Assembly: GCA_963751455.1 (NCBI GenBank)
Contig: CAVVUN010000015.1
Location: forward strand, 1,659,172-1,723,171
Length of the DNA stretch: 64,000 bases
DNA from: Nitrospirota bacterium
GTDB taxonomy: Bacteria > Nitrospirota > UBA9217
Direction: 5' to 3'
Positions 18,156 to 28,606 of this stretch are shown here, piece by piece (positions within the stretch are counted from its first letter, which is position 1; every line of letters starts with the position of its first letter). Below the pieces are notes generated by a model. The model saw only the letters and a program-made list of their open reading frames with translations. It searched no databases and had not been told where the DNA came from. Both the position numbers and the translations under genes were made by a program.

Positions 18156-21098
18156 ATGATCGAATCCAGCCGGGTTATTAAAACATTTCCCTATCTTCTT
18201 GCAGGCGCTTTCGTAATAAGCGGGCTTTACGCCAGCAGCCTGTATAGCTATCTTCTGTTCCATACGCTGGTCGAGCTGTTCAACGTCCTCACGGCCTTTG
18301 CCATATTCGCGCTTGCCTGGAACACCCGCAAGATCAACGACAATCATTACCTGCTGTTCATAGGAATCGCGTCGTTGTTCACCGGCGCGCTTGATCTTCT
18401 CCATACCCTGACCTATAAAGGTATGGGAATCTTTCCCGCTTACGGCGCGAACCTCGCAACCGAACTCTGGATTGCGTTCCGGTTTCTTTTCGGCATTTCA
18501 TTCCTGGCGGCTGCGTTCTTCATCGAGAAAAAGCCTTCAATAAGCAAGATATTCAGCCTGTACGCCGTCGTTTTGCTCTCATTAATAACGGCGATCTTCG
18601 CGGACTGGTTTCCTGACTGCTTTATAGAAGGAGCAGGCCTGACTCAATTCAAGATCGTTAGTGAGTACATTATCTGCCTCATCTTTCTGGCTTCCCTTAC
18701 GGTTTTGATTTTGAAGCGGCGGGCATTTGACCGCAAAGTGCTTTGGCTGATCATCCTCTCGCACATCTTTTCGATTGCGGCTGAACTCAGTTTCACCCAG
18801 TACGTGAGCGTCTACGGCTTTTCGAATATGCTGGGGCACCTGTTTTTGCTGGCATCGGTAACTTGTATCTACCAGGCCATCATCGTAACAGGACTGACCC
18901 AACCTTCGCGACTGCTCTTTCGGAACCTGAAACAGAGCGAAGAGGCGATCAGGGCGAGCGAAACAAAATACCGCCTGCTGTTCCAGAACATGGCGAACGG
19001 CTTTGCCTATCACCGGATTGTGACTGACGAAAAAAGCCGGCCAATCGATTATATATTTCTCGAAGTTAATGACGCCTTCGAAGCGATAACCGGTTTAAAG
19101 AGGGCGGCCATTATCAAAAAAGGCGTTCGCGAAGTGCTGCCCGGCATCGAGAAGGACCCCGCGGACTGGATTGGCAGGTATGGCACCGTTGCACTGTCCG
19201 GACAGGAGATCCGATTCGAACAGTATGCGGGGCCTCTCGGGAAGTGGTATTCCATATCGGCCTACAGCCCGTTCAAAGAGCATTTTGTAACGATTGTTGA
19301 AGACATCACCCAGCGCAAGCTGATTGAAAAAGAGCTGTCACAGGTCCGTGACGAATTGGAAGCACGAGTTAAAGAACGGACATCCGAACTGGTGCTCGCA
19401 AATGAGGAACTGGAGCAGGAAGTAAGAGTGCGTTGGCTTGCGGAAAAAGAACTGCGCAAGAGTGAGGAGCGGTTCCGGACTTCCATCGAAAGCCTTCTGG
19501 ACGGCTTTGCCGTTTTTTCGGCTGTCAGGGATACGGGAAAGATCGTGGACTTCCGCTATGAGTACATTAACGAGGCCGGCTGTCAGCTGAACAACAAGAC
19601 CCGCGAAGAACAGCTTGGCCGCACCCTCCTGGAACTGCTGCCTGCACATAGTGATTCCCATTTGTTCAAAGAGTATGTATCTGTAGTGGAAACCGGAAAG
19701 CCGTTTGCAAAGAGTCAGGTCTTGGAGGAAATGTACGGAGACGACCGACAGCTTGGGCGGGCCTTCGATTTCCAGGCGGTAAAATTGGGCGATGGCTTTG
19801 CGGTTGTCTGGCGTGACGTAAGTGAGAGAAGAGAAACGGAGCGCCGGATTACCCTCATGAACCGGCTGCTCAAACTGTACACTCTCAAATTTTCCCGAAA
19901 GGAATACCTTGACGTTGCAGTCGAGTTCATACGCTCCTGGACCGGATGCCGTCATACCGGTGTGCGCATAGCCGATTCCGAAGGGAATATTCCCTACGAA
20001 TCGTGCGTTGGATACGACAAGAACTTCCTGTCCTCGGAGAGCCAGCTCTCAATAAAAGACGATCGTTGCATATGCACACGTGTTGTGGCCGGAAGGCCTG
20101 GATCTTCGGAACTCGGCGCCATGACCCCGAATGGTTCGTTCTACTCCAACGATTCTTTGGCATTCATGGGCAACATAACAGGGAGCGAGCAGGGGCAATA
20201 TCGCGGGATATGCATGGGGCGTGGTTATAAGTCGCTTGCCCTGGTCCCGATCAGGCACGGCGATACCATCCTCGGAGCGATCCATGTAGCGGACGAACGC
20301 GAAGGAATGGTCCCGCTCAAGAACGTGGAATTCATTGAGCAGCTGGCCTTCATAATCGGAGAGGCGTTGTTCCGTTTCGGAATGGAACAGGACCTCATCA
20401 GGAAGAGCGAAGAATTATCCCGAATGAACGAACAGCTCCGTAATCTTTCAGCCTATGTAGACGGAGTCCGGGAAGAGGAGCGGACGAGCATTGCCCGGGA
20501 AATTCATGATGAACTCGGGCAGATCCTCACCGCCGTCAAGATGGACGTCTCCTGGATCCGTAGACGCCTCTGGAAACGGCAGAATGCGCTCATGGAGAAG
20601 GCAGGAGACATGCTGCAGATAATCGATGGGGCGATCAAGACGGTAAAACGAATCTCGGCTGAACTGAGACCGGGAATACTGGATGACATCGGTCTGCCTG
20701 CCGCGATTGAATGGGCGGTCAAGGACTTCGAAAAAAGGACAGGCATCACGTGCGCTGTATCGGTCGGTCCTGAGACGGTCATTATTGACAGAACCCGCTC
20801 TACGGCCCTTTTTCGCATTTTGCAGGAGTCACTGACCAATATCATGCGGCATGCGCATGCGTCCCGGGTAAGCGTCTTGCTTGAGGAGAAAAGTGGAACA
20901 ATCGATTTGACCGTCAACGACAACGGGAAGGGTATCAGAAAAGAAGAGATGGACGCTCCGCACTCGTTTGGGCTCATCGGCATGCGGGAGCGCGTTCAGT
21001 TCCTCGGCGGGGAAGTTTCAATCACGGGTGCACTGAACAAGGGAACATTTATAAAAGTATCCATGCCAATACAGGCCGCGAAGGAAACCGGGGACTGA
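18156..21098 (+). CDS. Membrane sensor histidine kinase (MASE3-PAS-PAS-GAF-HisKA_3)
   Basis: MASE3-like N-terminus (LLFHTLVE, DLLHTLTYKGM); IAREIHDELGQ; QESLTNIMRHA; DNGKG. Confidence 0.9.
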   Translation: MIESSRVIKTFPYLLAGAFVISGLYASSLYSYLLFHTLVELFNVLTAFAIFALAWNTRKINDNHYLLFIGIASLFTGALDLLHTLTYKGMGIFPAYGANLATELWIAFRFLFGISFLAAAFFIEKKPSISKIFSLYAVVLLSLITAIFADWFPDCFIEGAGLTQFKIVSEYIICLIFLASLTVLILKRRAFDRKVLWLIILSHIFSIAAELSFTQYVSVYGFSNMLGHLFLLASVTCIYQAIIVTGLTQPSRLLFRNLKQSEEAIRASETKYRLLFQNMANGFAYHRIVTDEKSRPIDYIFLEVNDAFEAITGLKRAAIIKKGVREVLPGIEKDPADWIGRYGTVALSGQEIRFEQYAGPLGKWYSISAYSPFKEHFVTIVEDITQRKLIEKELSQVRDELEARVKERTSELVLANEELEQEVRVRWLAEKELRKSEERFRTSIESLLDGFAVFSAVRDTGKIVDFRYEYINEAGCQLNNKTREEQLGRTLLELLPAHSDSHLFKEYVSVVETGKPFAKSQVLEEMYGDDRQLGRAFDFQAVKLGDGFAVVWRDVSERRETERRITLMNRLLKLYTLKFSRKEYLDVAVEFIRSWTGCRHTGVRIADSEGNIPYESCVGYDKNFLSSESQLSIKDDRCICTRVVAGRPGSSELGAMTPNGSFYSNDSLAFMGNITGSEQGQYRGICMGRGYKSLALVPIRHGDTILGAIHVADEREGMVPLKNVEFIEQLAFIIGEALFRFGMEQDLIRKSEELSRMNEQLRNLSAYVDGVREEERTSIAREIHDELGQILTAVKMDVSWIRRRLWKRQNALMEKAGDMLQIIDGAIKTVKRISAELRPGILDDIGLPAAIEWAVKDFEKRTGITCAVSVGPETVIIDRTRSTALFRILQESLTNIMRHAHASRVSVLLEEKSGTIDLTVNDNGKGIRKEEMDAPHSFGLIGMRERVQFLGGEVSITGALNKGTFIKVSMPIQAAKETGD

Positions 21099-21203
21099 CG
21101 GCTTGGTCCCGGCGTCAGGGAAGTAACGGAAAACCTGGCATGAACGCGTAGCTCCCTTAAACGTGGTATATTGTATGGCATGCAGGCACGGAGGAAAAGA
21201 TCG

Positions 21204-21836
21204 TTGATCAGAGTGCTGGTTGCGGATGACCACGCAATTCTTCGGAAAGGGATCAAGCAGATCCTTGCCGAAATTCCCGGAGTAGAGTGCGTGGATGAGG
21301 CGGCGAACGGCCAGGAAGCATTATCGAAGGTCGGGAAAGAACGGTACGATCTCGTTCTGCTCGACATCGCGATGCCCGGCAGGAGCGGCCTTGACATTCT
21401 GAAGCAGCTCAAGACGGAAAAGCCGAATCTTCCCGTCCTTATCCTGAGCATGCACCCCGAGGAGCAGTACGCGGTGCGGGCTCTCAAGGCAGGCGCTTCA
21501 GGTTACCTCACTAAAGAGAGCGCTCCGGACGAATTGATCGACGCTGTGCAAAAGATCCTCCAGGGCGGGAAGTATGTGACCGAATCGCTTGCCGCATGGT
21601 TCGTCTCCGAACTCGGAAAACCCGCAAATAAGGCCCCTCATGATACGCTTTCGGACCGGGAGTACGAGATAATGTGCATGATCGCCGCAGGCAAGTCTTT
21701 AACGGAGATCGGGGAAGAGCTTGCCCTGAGCGTCAAGACGGTCAGCACATACAGGAGCAGGGTCCTTTCGAAGATGAACATGAAGAGTAATGCCGATCTC
21801 ACCCGCTACGCACTGGAAAACTCTTTGCTTCAATAA
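21204..21836 (+). CDS. NarL/LuxR family response regulator
   Basis: ADDH, LLDIAMPG and LSDRE...LSVKTVSTY. Confidence 0.93.
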   Translation: MIRVLVADDHAILRKGIKQILAEIPGVECVDEAANGQEALSKVGKERYDLVLLDIAMPGRSGLDILKQLKTEKPNLPVLILSMHPEEQYAVRALKAGASGYLTKESAPDELIDAVQKILQGGKYVTESLAAWFVSELGKPANKAPHDTLSDREYEIMCMIAAGKSLTEIGEELALSVKTVSTYRSRVLSKMNMKSNADLTRYALENSLLQ

Positions 21837-22069
21837 ACCTTGCCCTTCATTCAAAACAACTTCAGACACTTGTCCATCCAACGCCATTTTCCGTTTAGTG
21901 CCGGCCTCTTACTATCTCATATATAACCCGCTTTTTGTAAGACAATTCCGACACAAAAAAACACCAATTCCTACGCAATATTCAGTTCTCTTCCGATACC
22001 GCCAAACGCGAACTTCCGGTACAGTTTTTATAAAACAAGCCTGATACGATTGACAAACGAGGTGACACA

Positions 22070-22267
22070 ATGAACTGCCCATACCTTAACCTTTCATTAG
22101 CAAGTGTCTGCCTGGCGACTCAAACTCCTTATCCGCCGAACTCTTTTGAACTGGAAGAATACTGCGGGACTGCCCGCCACAGCATGTGTCCGTTTTATGC
22201 GATTAAAGAAAGCGCGACCCCTTTAAAGGGCTGCGGAGGAAGGCCGATGACTTCACACCGTCTGTAA
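22070..22267 (+). CDS. Small cysteine-rich hypothetical protein
   Basis: GAGGTG RBS; CPYL...C...FELEEYC...H..CPFY. Confidence 0.6.
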   Translation: MNCPYLNLSLASVCLATQTPYPPNSFELEEYCGTARHSMCPFYAIKESATPLKGCGGRPMTSHRL

Positions 22268-22309
22268 TGTTTTTCCCTGTATTGCATTTTAAAAATGAGG
22301 AGGGGAACT

Positions 22310-23263
22310 ATGAAGGTCGCAGAGCAAGTGATGGATATGGAAATATTCGACGATGAGCTTGAACAGTATCCAACCACGAAAGAAAACGCTGAAGAGACGG
22401 AAACCCAAGAGCCTTTTAAGGCATGGAGGGAGGCAGGGCCTGACGCCATCAAATTCTATCTCAAGGAATTACGCAAATACCCGCTGCTGACCGCACAGGA
22501 TGAGAAGATATTAGGAAGGCGTGTCCAGAAGGGTGATGCGGAAGCCAAGGCCCGGATGATAGAATCGAATCTTCGTCTCGTGGTGGCAATGGGGAAGAGA
22601 TACATCAACAGGGGGCTGCCTTTTTCCGACATCATAGAGGAAGGCAACCTCGGACTCATCAGGGCGGTCGAGAAGTTCAGGCCCGAGAAGGGCTTCAGGT
22701 TCAGCACGTATGCCTCCTGGTGGATACGGCAGGCCATAGAGCGGGCCATCATAAACCAGTCTCGAGTAATCCGCCTGCCCGTACATATAGCCGGGGAGGT
22801 CGCCACCTATACGCGTACAGCCAGGCGCCTTAACCAGGAGTTGAGGCGTGAACCTACGGCAGGGGAAATCGCCAAAAAAATGCGGGTTCCGATAGATACG
22901 GTCAGGAGCATTTCGCAGGTTGCCCGTGACACATACTCGCTCGATATGATTATAGGCGAGCAGGAGGAGGACAGACTCAAGGACGTTATTGCGGACGAGA
23001 ACGCAGAATCGCCGCTGACCGCCATGGAAAATAAGAGCAGAAGCGACCAGCTTGCCGGCTGGCTCTCGCGGCTTTCAACGAATGAACGAGACGTTATCGA
23101 ACTACGGTTTGGGCTAAAGACCGAGGATCCGGAAACGCTTGACGGGATAGGCAGGAAATACGGGATCACGCGCGAGCGGGTACGACAGATCGAAGCCCAA
23201 GCGTTGATCAAACTAAAGGAATTCTGCAGGAGCGACAGCATGACTCTGGAAGCGCTGATGTAG
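22310..23263 (+). CDS. RpoD/RpoS-like sigma-70 factor lacking region 1.1
   Basis: [32 protein letters not shown] and TRERVRQIE. Confidence 0.92.
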   Translation: MKVAEQVMDMEIFDDELEQYPTTKENAEETETQEPFKAWREAGPDAIKFYLKELRKYPLLTAQDEKILGRRVQKGDAEAKARMIESNLRLVVAMGKRYINRGLPFSDIIEEGNLGLIRAVEKFRPEKGFRFSTYASWWIRQAIERAIINQSRVIRLPVHIAGEVATYTRTARRLNQELRREPTAGEIAKKMRVPIDTVRSISQVARDTYSLDMIIGEQEEDRLKDVIADENAESPLTAMENKSRSDQLAGWLSRLSTNERDVIELRFGLKTEDPETLDGIGRKYGITRERVRQIEAQALIKLKEFCRSDSMTLEALM

Positions 23264-23366
23264 AAGAGCCGAAGGATGAGGGGCGTAGGACGCAAAATCG
23301 TCATCGTTTTAGCGAGCCTTAGCGGTCGTCCCTCGTTTATCATGAATTTCCAACCCGGAGATAAAG

Positions 23367-23822
23367 ATGAAAAACATTCTGGTAATAAACGGAAACGATC
23401 CGGCGCTCACAATCCTTTCAAGCCTGCTCACAAATAGCGGATACAACGTTATCGCGGAACCGGACGGATCTTCCGCGCTTTCGATCCTGGACAGCGAAGA
23501 GATCGACGTGATAATCAGCGATTATTGCCTGCCTGACATGGATGGACCCGCATTTATCGCATCGCTGAAAAGTGCGCTGCCCGGCTTTCCAGCCGTTATT
23601 TTCCTGAGCGACCGGGTCGATGTCGAGGATTATCTGGCTGCGCTCGGGATGGGCGCCTTCGAGTTCCTCTTCAGACCGTTTCATCCGCGTGAACTGCTGA
23701 GAATTGTGAATGTCGCGATCAGGCAAAGCCCGCGGAATAAAAGAAACGCTTTGGCGAAGCGGGAACAGGACGACCGCTCGTCCGTACACAAAAACTTTCA
23801 GCGGTCACTTGTCACCGGCTAG
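23367..23822 (+). CDS. Single-domain response regulator (atypical)
   Basis: Receiver fold with ISDYCLPDMDG; acidic pocket and KP motif degenerate. Confidence 0.8.
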   Translation: MKNILVINGNDPALTILSSLLTNSGYNVIAEPDGSSALSILDSEEIDVIISDYCLPDMDGPAFIASLKSALPGFPAVIFLSDRVDVEDYLAALGMGAFEFLFRPFHPRELLRIVNVAIRQSPRNKRNALAKREQDDRSSVHKNFQRSLVTG

Positions 23823-24330
23823 TCGGCGATTGCGGGCTTCTATGTGTTCATTCAAATGATATAATTGGCTTCGTTAGCGTCTCCCCAACAATCCTTCTGC
23901 GTGTGGAGTTTCCGCGCAGAAGGACCCCTCCCTGCTTTGTAATACCTTGGACCCATTCATAAAAAAATAGTATTCGATGCTATTGCATCCGTAATACTTC
24001 TATGCTATAAAAAGATGTTTACCAGTCATCTTCTTCTCTTTTTAACCAAGCAAAAAACCTAATTCATTGCCTTTCATGTCCAGGGAATCAGTGATTGACG
24101 TCGAGCGCAACATGGGAACCTTAGGTCAACATTATTTAAATCCATTTGCGGGGTAAATCTTGGCTGCTAAAAAAAGCGGACATCCTGTTTTACTTGCCGA
24201 AGTGTGCTACGCATACTAAGGAAGGCCGACGCTGGTAGCCGGAGGTGCGGGATGCTGCAAGACACTTCTCGTATGGAGTTTCTGATGCGACCTCAGGCTT
24301 AATTCGGTTAAATTTAGCGGAGCGAACAGT

Positions 24331-27300
24331 ATGGCGACAAATGACAATCCCGGTAAGAGTTTTTTAATCGCCGGCATCGGCGCTTCAGCGGGAGGCCTTG
24401 ACGCGCTTCAACGCTTTCTCGCATCGCTCCCACCGGACTTCGGGTTCGCCCTCGTCTTTATCCAGCACCTTTCCCCTAAACACAAGAGCCTCCTCCAGGA
24501 GCTCCTCTCGGCCAGATGGCCGTCTCTCGTGATCCAGCAAATTTCCGACGGCCTGAAGCTCCAGCCCGGCAGGCTTTACCTGTCCCCGCCGGGCAAGGAG
24601 GCCCGCCTGCGAAACGGCCTCTTTCACACGACCGTCCATCCCGAGGGGCTCATTCATCTTCCCATTGACGAATTTTTGACCTCGCTCGCCGAGTACGCGG
24701 CGGAGCGCTCCATTGCCGTGATCTTCTCCGGCGCGGGCACGGACGGGGCCCGCGGCTGCCGGGCAATCCGGTCCGTGGGCGGGACCGTGTTCGTGCAGGC
24801 CCCGCAGACCGCGGAATTCAACAGCATGCCGCTCGCGGCCATCGCGACCGGACAGGCGGATGCAGTGCTCTCTCCCGAGGACATAGCCGCGGAGCTCCAA
24901 AGGCTCCAGGGGCTCGGCCAGGCCGCTGTCAGCCGCGAATATCCCATCACGCCGGAAGAGTACGGCGACTTCTTCCGGATACTCCAGGAGAAGACCGGCG
25001 GCAGGTTCAATCATTACAAGAAGAGCGTCGTAGGCCGAAGAATCAGAAGACGCATGTACCTTCACGGGCTCTCCGCAATCAAAGATTACCTGGGCCTCAT
25101 CTCGACTAATGATTCCGAGGCCGCGCTCCTCGCGTCCGACCTCATGATCGGCGTCACCTCCTTCTTTCGCGACCGGGTGGCATGGAAAGCCCTGAACTTG
25201 GAAGCGATACGGAAGATCGCCACGGAGAATACCGGCCTACCGATCCGCATCTGGACTCCTGCGAGCGCAACCGGCGAGGAGGCCTTCTCCATCGCCATGA
25301 TGTTCCTTCGCGAACTGGAACTCGCCGGGAAAACACGGGACATCCATGTTTTTGCAACGGACGTGAACGACCGCGCGCTCGAGCGGGCGCGCGAGGGCAA
25401 GTATCCCGCGAGCATCACCGCGGACGTGCCGCAGGAGTACGTCCAGAAGTACTTCACACCAACCGATGACGGCAACTTTCTGGTTATCAACAAGGACGTA
25501 AGGGAGCGCGTGGTCTTTGCCAGGCAAGATCTTTTGATCGACCCCCCTTTCTCCAGGCTGGATCTCATTATCTGCCGGAACTTCCTCATATACCTGGAGC
25601 CCGAGGCGCAGGAAAAAAGCATCACCCTCTTTCATTACGCTCTCAAAGAAGGCGGCTACCTCTTTCTCGGCAATGCGGAAACCGTGGGCAGAAAGAGCAA
25701 ACTTTTCCAATCCATCGGCCATAAGCAATGCCGCGTCTACCGGAAGCTCGAGGCAAAACCCGCTTCAAGAATGCCCATCTCGGTCCCTTACGCAACGGAA
25801 CGGCAGGCGTCGCCCGCCAAACAGGCGCAAGCGACGGAGCGGACCCGGCCTGTCATTGAAATTATCCAGGAAAAACTGCTTGAAGAATACGGGCCCGCTT
25901 CCGTGGCCATAGACCAGAACCACGAAATCGTCTACCACAGCGGCCCCACGAACCGCTATCTTCGCCAGCCCCGGGGCGTGCCGACGCAGAACCTTTTAGA
26001 TCTCTTGCCCGAGAACCTGCGGAGCAGGATACGCGGGGCGCTCTACCGGTCGGGCCGCGAGGAAAGGCCCGTGGTTATCCGCACCAGTGTAGCCGGTGAC
26101 GACAATAAAAAAAGACAAGTCACCCTCCGAATCACGAAGGCCGCGGAGAGCCTCTCCATCGTGGTTTTTCATGAGAAAGACGCCCCCTCAAAAGAAGAGG
26201 CAGCCGAGCAGGTCGATACCGCCGTCATCGAAGAGACCGCGATCCACCAGCTCGAAAGCGAATTGTCCGCGACTCGCGCCGACCTTCAGAGCCACATCGA
26301 GCAGCTGAAAAGCCTGAACGAAGAGCTCCAATCCTCGAACGAGGAACTCCAGGCCGCGAACGAGGAGCTTGAAACTTCCCGGGAAGAGCTCCAGTCGTTG
26401 AACGAAGAGCTGATCACCGTGAACTCGCAGCTCCAGGGCAAGATCGAGGAGCAGGATGCAACGAACAACGACCTGAACAACTTCCTCGCGAGCACGAACC
26501 TCCCCACGATCTTCCTGGACACGCATTTCAGGGTAAAGCGTTTCACGCCCGCGATGCTCAAGCTCATCAAGCTCCTTTCCTCCGACGTGGGCCGCCCCAT
26601 CAAAGACATGTCACAGGAGAACCTCGGCCTTGACCTCACCTCCGACGCCCAGTCAGTCCTTGAGAGCCTCGTGCCGGCGCGGCAGGAGATGCAGATCAAC
26701 GGCGCATGGTACGTCCGCACGACGCTTCCCTACCGGACCGCGGACAACCGCATCGAAGGTATTGTCGTCGCGTACAACGACGTTACCGAACTCAAACGGG
26801 CCGAGGAGCGCACGCGGCACCTTGCCTCGTTCCCTCAGCTCAATCCGAACCCCATCATCGAGGTGGATGCCTCCGGTAAAATCATCTTCGCCAATCCGGG
26901 AACGGAATGTATTCTGGAAAGCCTGGGCATGGACAAGGGAGACGCAGCGGTTTTCCTTCCAAAGGACCTGGATGTCATCTTACAGGATCTGGCGACGAAC
27001 AGCGCAGCCTGCGTCTCTCGCGAGGTCACGGTCAAGGACAGGATTTTCAGCGAGACCATTCAGCTCATTTCGCAATTCAATGTCGCACGCATTTACGCGT
27101 ATGACATCACCGAGCGCAAGAAGGCGGAAGAGGCCGCGCGCAGGCTGGCCGTGGTGCTCCAAACCACAAACGACGCGGTCACGATCCATGACTTCGAGGG
27201 CAATATCAAGCTCTGGAACCGCGGGGCGGAGCGGCTGTTCGGCTGGACAGCAGCCGAGGCCCTTGCAATGAAGCTCAAGGACACGATACCCGGAGCGAAG

Positions 27301-28020
27301 CTTGCGGAAGCCCTGGTGTACCTGGAAAAGCTGCGCCTCGGGGAACCGGTAAACTCTTTCGAGACCCAGCGCTTTACCAGGGATGGACGCATTCTGGACA
27401 TCTGGCTGACCGCGACCGTGCTTCCCGACGAGGCGGGAAAGCCCGCTCTTGTGGCCACGACCGAACGAGATATCACCGACCGCAAGAAGGCGGAAGAGGC
27501 GCTGGGCCGTCTGTCGGCCATCGTCGCGAGCGCGGAAGACGCGATCATCAGCAAGGACCTGAACGGCGTTATTCAGACGTGGAACGTAGGCGCGGAAATG
27601 ATATTCGGTTATACCGCGGAGGAAGCGATAGGCAAGAATATTTCTCTTCTTGTCCCGCCCGATCATGAGGATGAGGTCCCCGATATTCTGAGGCGGCTGT
27701 CGCAGGGCGAGCACATAGAGAATTTCGAGACCGTGCGCATGCGGAAGGACGGCACGATCATCCCCGTGTCCCTGAACTTCTCCGCCATCAGGGATGCAAA
27801 CGGAAAGGTGATAGGCGCGTCCAAGATCGCGCACGACATCACCGCGCGGAAGCGGGCCGAGGAAGAACTGCGCCAAAGTAACGAAGAATTGACCCGCTTC
27901 AACCGCGTCATGATCGGCCGGGAGGCGCGCATAATCGAAATGAAGAAGGAAGTAAACGAACTCTGCGAACAGGCCGGCCTGCCGCCGCGCTATCCGTTGG
28001 ACTTCGAGGATGAAGCATGA
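24331..28020 (+). CDS. CheB-CheR fusion with coiled coil and PAS domains, no kinase domain
   Basis: GASAGG, SGAGTDG, GVTSFFRD, TGEEA, CRN and NEELQSSNEEL; several DITERK-ended PAS domains. Confidence 0.9.
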   Translation: MATNDNPGKSFLIAGIGASAGGLDALQRFLASLPPDFGFALVFIQHLSPKHKSLLQELLSARWPSLVIQQISDGLKLQPGRLYLSPPGKEARLRNGLFHTTVHPEGLIHLPIDEFLTSLAEYAAERSIAVIFSGAGTDGARGCRAIRSVGGTVFVQAPQTAEFNSMPLAAIATGQADAVLSPEDIAAELQRLQGLGQAAVSREYPITPEEYGDFFRILQEKTGGRFNHYKKSVVGRRIRRRMYLHGLSAIKDYLGLISTNDSEAALLASDLMIGVTSFFRDRVAWKALNLEAIRKIATENTGLPIRIWTPASATGEEAFSIAMMFLRELELAGKTRDIHVFATDVNDRALERAREGKYPASITADVPQEYVQKYFTPTDDGNFLVINKDVRERVVFARQDLLIDPPFSRLDLIICRNFLIYLEPEAQEKSITLFHYALKEGGYLFLGNAETVGRKSKLFQSIGHKQCRVYRKLEAKPASRMPISVPYATERQASPAKQAQATERTRPVIEIIQEKLLEEYGPASVAIDQNHEIVYHSGPTNRYLRQPRGVPTQNLLDLLPENLRSRIRGALYRSGREERPVVIRTSVAGDDNKKRQVTLRITKAAESLSIVVFHEKDAPSKEEAAEQVDTAVIEETAIHQLESELSATRADLQSHIEQLKSLNEELQSSNEELQAANEELETSREELQSLNEELITVNSQLQGKIEEQDATNNDLNNFLASTNLPTIFLDTHFRVKRFTPAMLKLIKLLSSDVGRPIKDMSQENLGLDLTSDAQSVLESLVPARQEMQINGAWYVRTTLPYRTADNRIEGIVVAYNDVTELKRAEERTRHLASFPQLNPNPIIEVDASGKIIFANPGTECILESLGMDKGDAAVFLPKDLDVILQDLATNSAACVSREVTVKDRIFSETIQLISQFNVARIYAYDITERKKAEEAARRLAVVLQTTNDAVTIHDFEGNIKLWNRGAERLFGWTAAEALAMKLKDTIPGAKLAEALVYLEKLRLGEPVNSFETQRFTRDGRILDIWLTATVLPDEAGKPALVATTERDITDRKKAEEALGRLSAIVASAEDAIISKDLNGVIQTWNVGAEMIFGYTAEEAIGKNISLLVPPDHEDEVPDILRRLSQGEHIENFETVRMRKDGTIIPVSLNFSAIRDANGKVIGASKIAHDITARKRAEEELRQSNEELTRFNRVMIGREARIIEMKKEVNELCEQAGLPPRYPLDFEDEA

Positions 28021-28038
28021 CATTATTGCGCGAATGTT

Positions 28039-28096
28039 TGGATCAAGGCAACCGTGTTGCCGTTCATTGTAACGCCGACGCGGTCGGCTCGGTCCA
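28039..28096 (-). mobile_element. 58-bp miniature RAYT-end doublet (reverse orientation)
   Basis: Reverse complement differs from 40747-40804 at one base. Confidence 0.9.
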
Positions 28097-28333
28097 TAGT
28101 TTGGTTGCGGCCGCGGAGGCCGCGCTATGAAGACAAAAGTATGAGAGAAAAAAAGCCCGTGATTTTTTAAAAGGAGTTTACAATCTCTTGCGTGTGATGA
28201 TGTTTTTGTGCTATAAATAACCGTTTTTTGCTCCACTTGTATTCTTCTTAATACAATAAGAAGCTGAACAAATTTGTAACGCCAATTGGTTTAGCGCAGT
28301 CTTTAGAAACCCAATCTTTTAAAAAAGCAAAAA

Positions 28334-28467
28334 GTAACTGCTTAGGATTGCCGCAAAAGATCGCAAAGAACTCAAAGGAAAAGCTTGAAATCATGAATTT
28401 TGGTTTTTCATTCCTTCTGCGTTCCTTGCGTTCCTTCGCGGCTAATTGTTTTGGCCTGAGTAGTTAC
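28334..28467. mobile_element. GTAACT-ended MITE with CGCAAAG nonamer core
   Basis: GTAACTGCTTAGG...CCTGAGTAGTTAC; flanks AGCAAAAA/TACAAAAA (imperfect 8-bp duplication). Confidence 0.6.
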
Positions 28468-28606
28468 TACAAAAAAACAATCATTGAAAAAAACCCGTTA
28501 GGACTGCTGTCTCTAATGAGGTGTAATAAAACTAAACGTACCATCCGTCAATAGACTCTTTTTTCATTCCTCAATGGGCATGGCATTTCACAAACGGAGA
28601 AAAACC

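Noticed and set aside
24120-24300. Possible c-di-GMP-type riboswitch upstream of the CheB-CheR gene
   Set aside because: Only fragments (GGTAAA, CTAA, GGTAGCCGG) resemble the motif; the GAAA tetraloop and GCAAA junction could not be placed.
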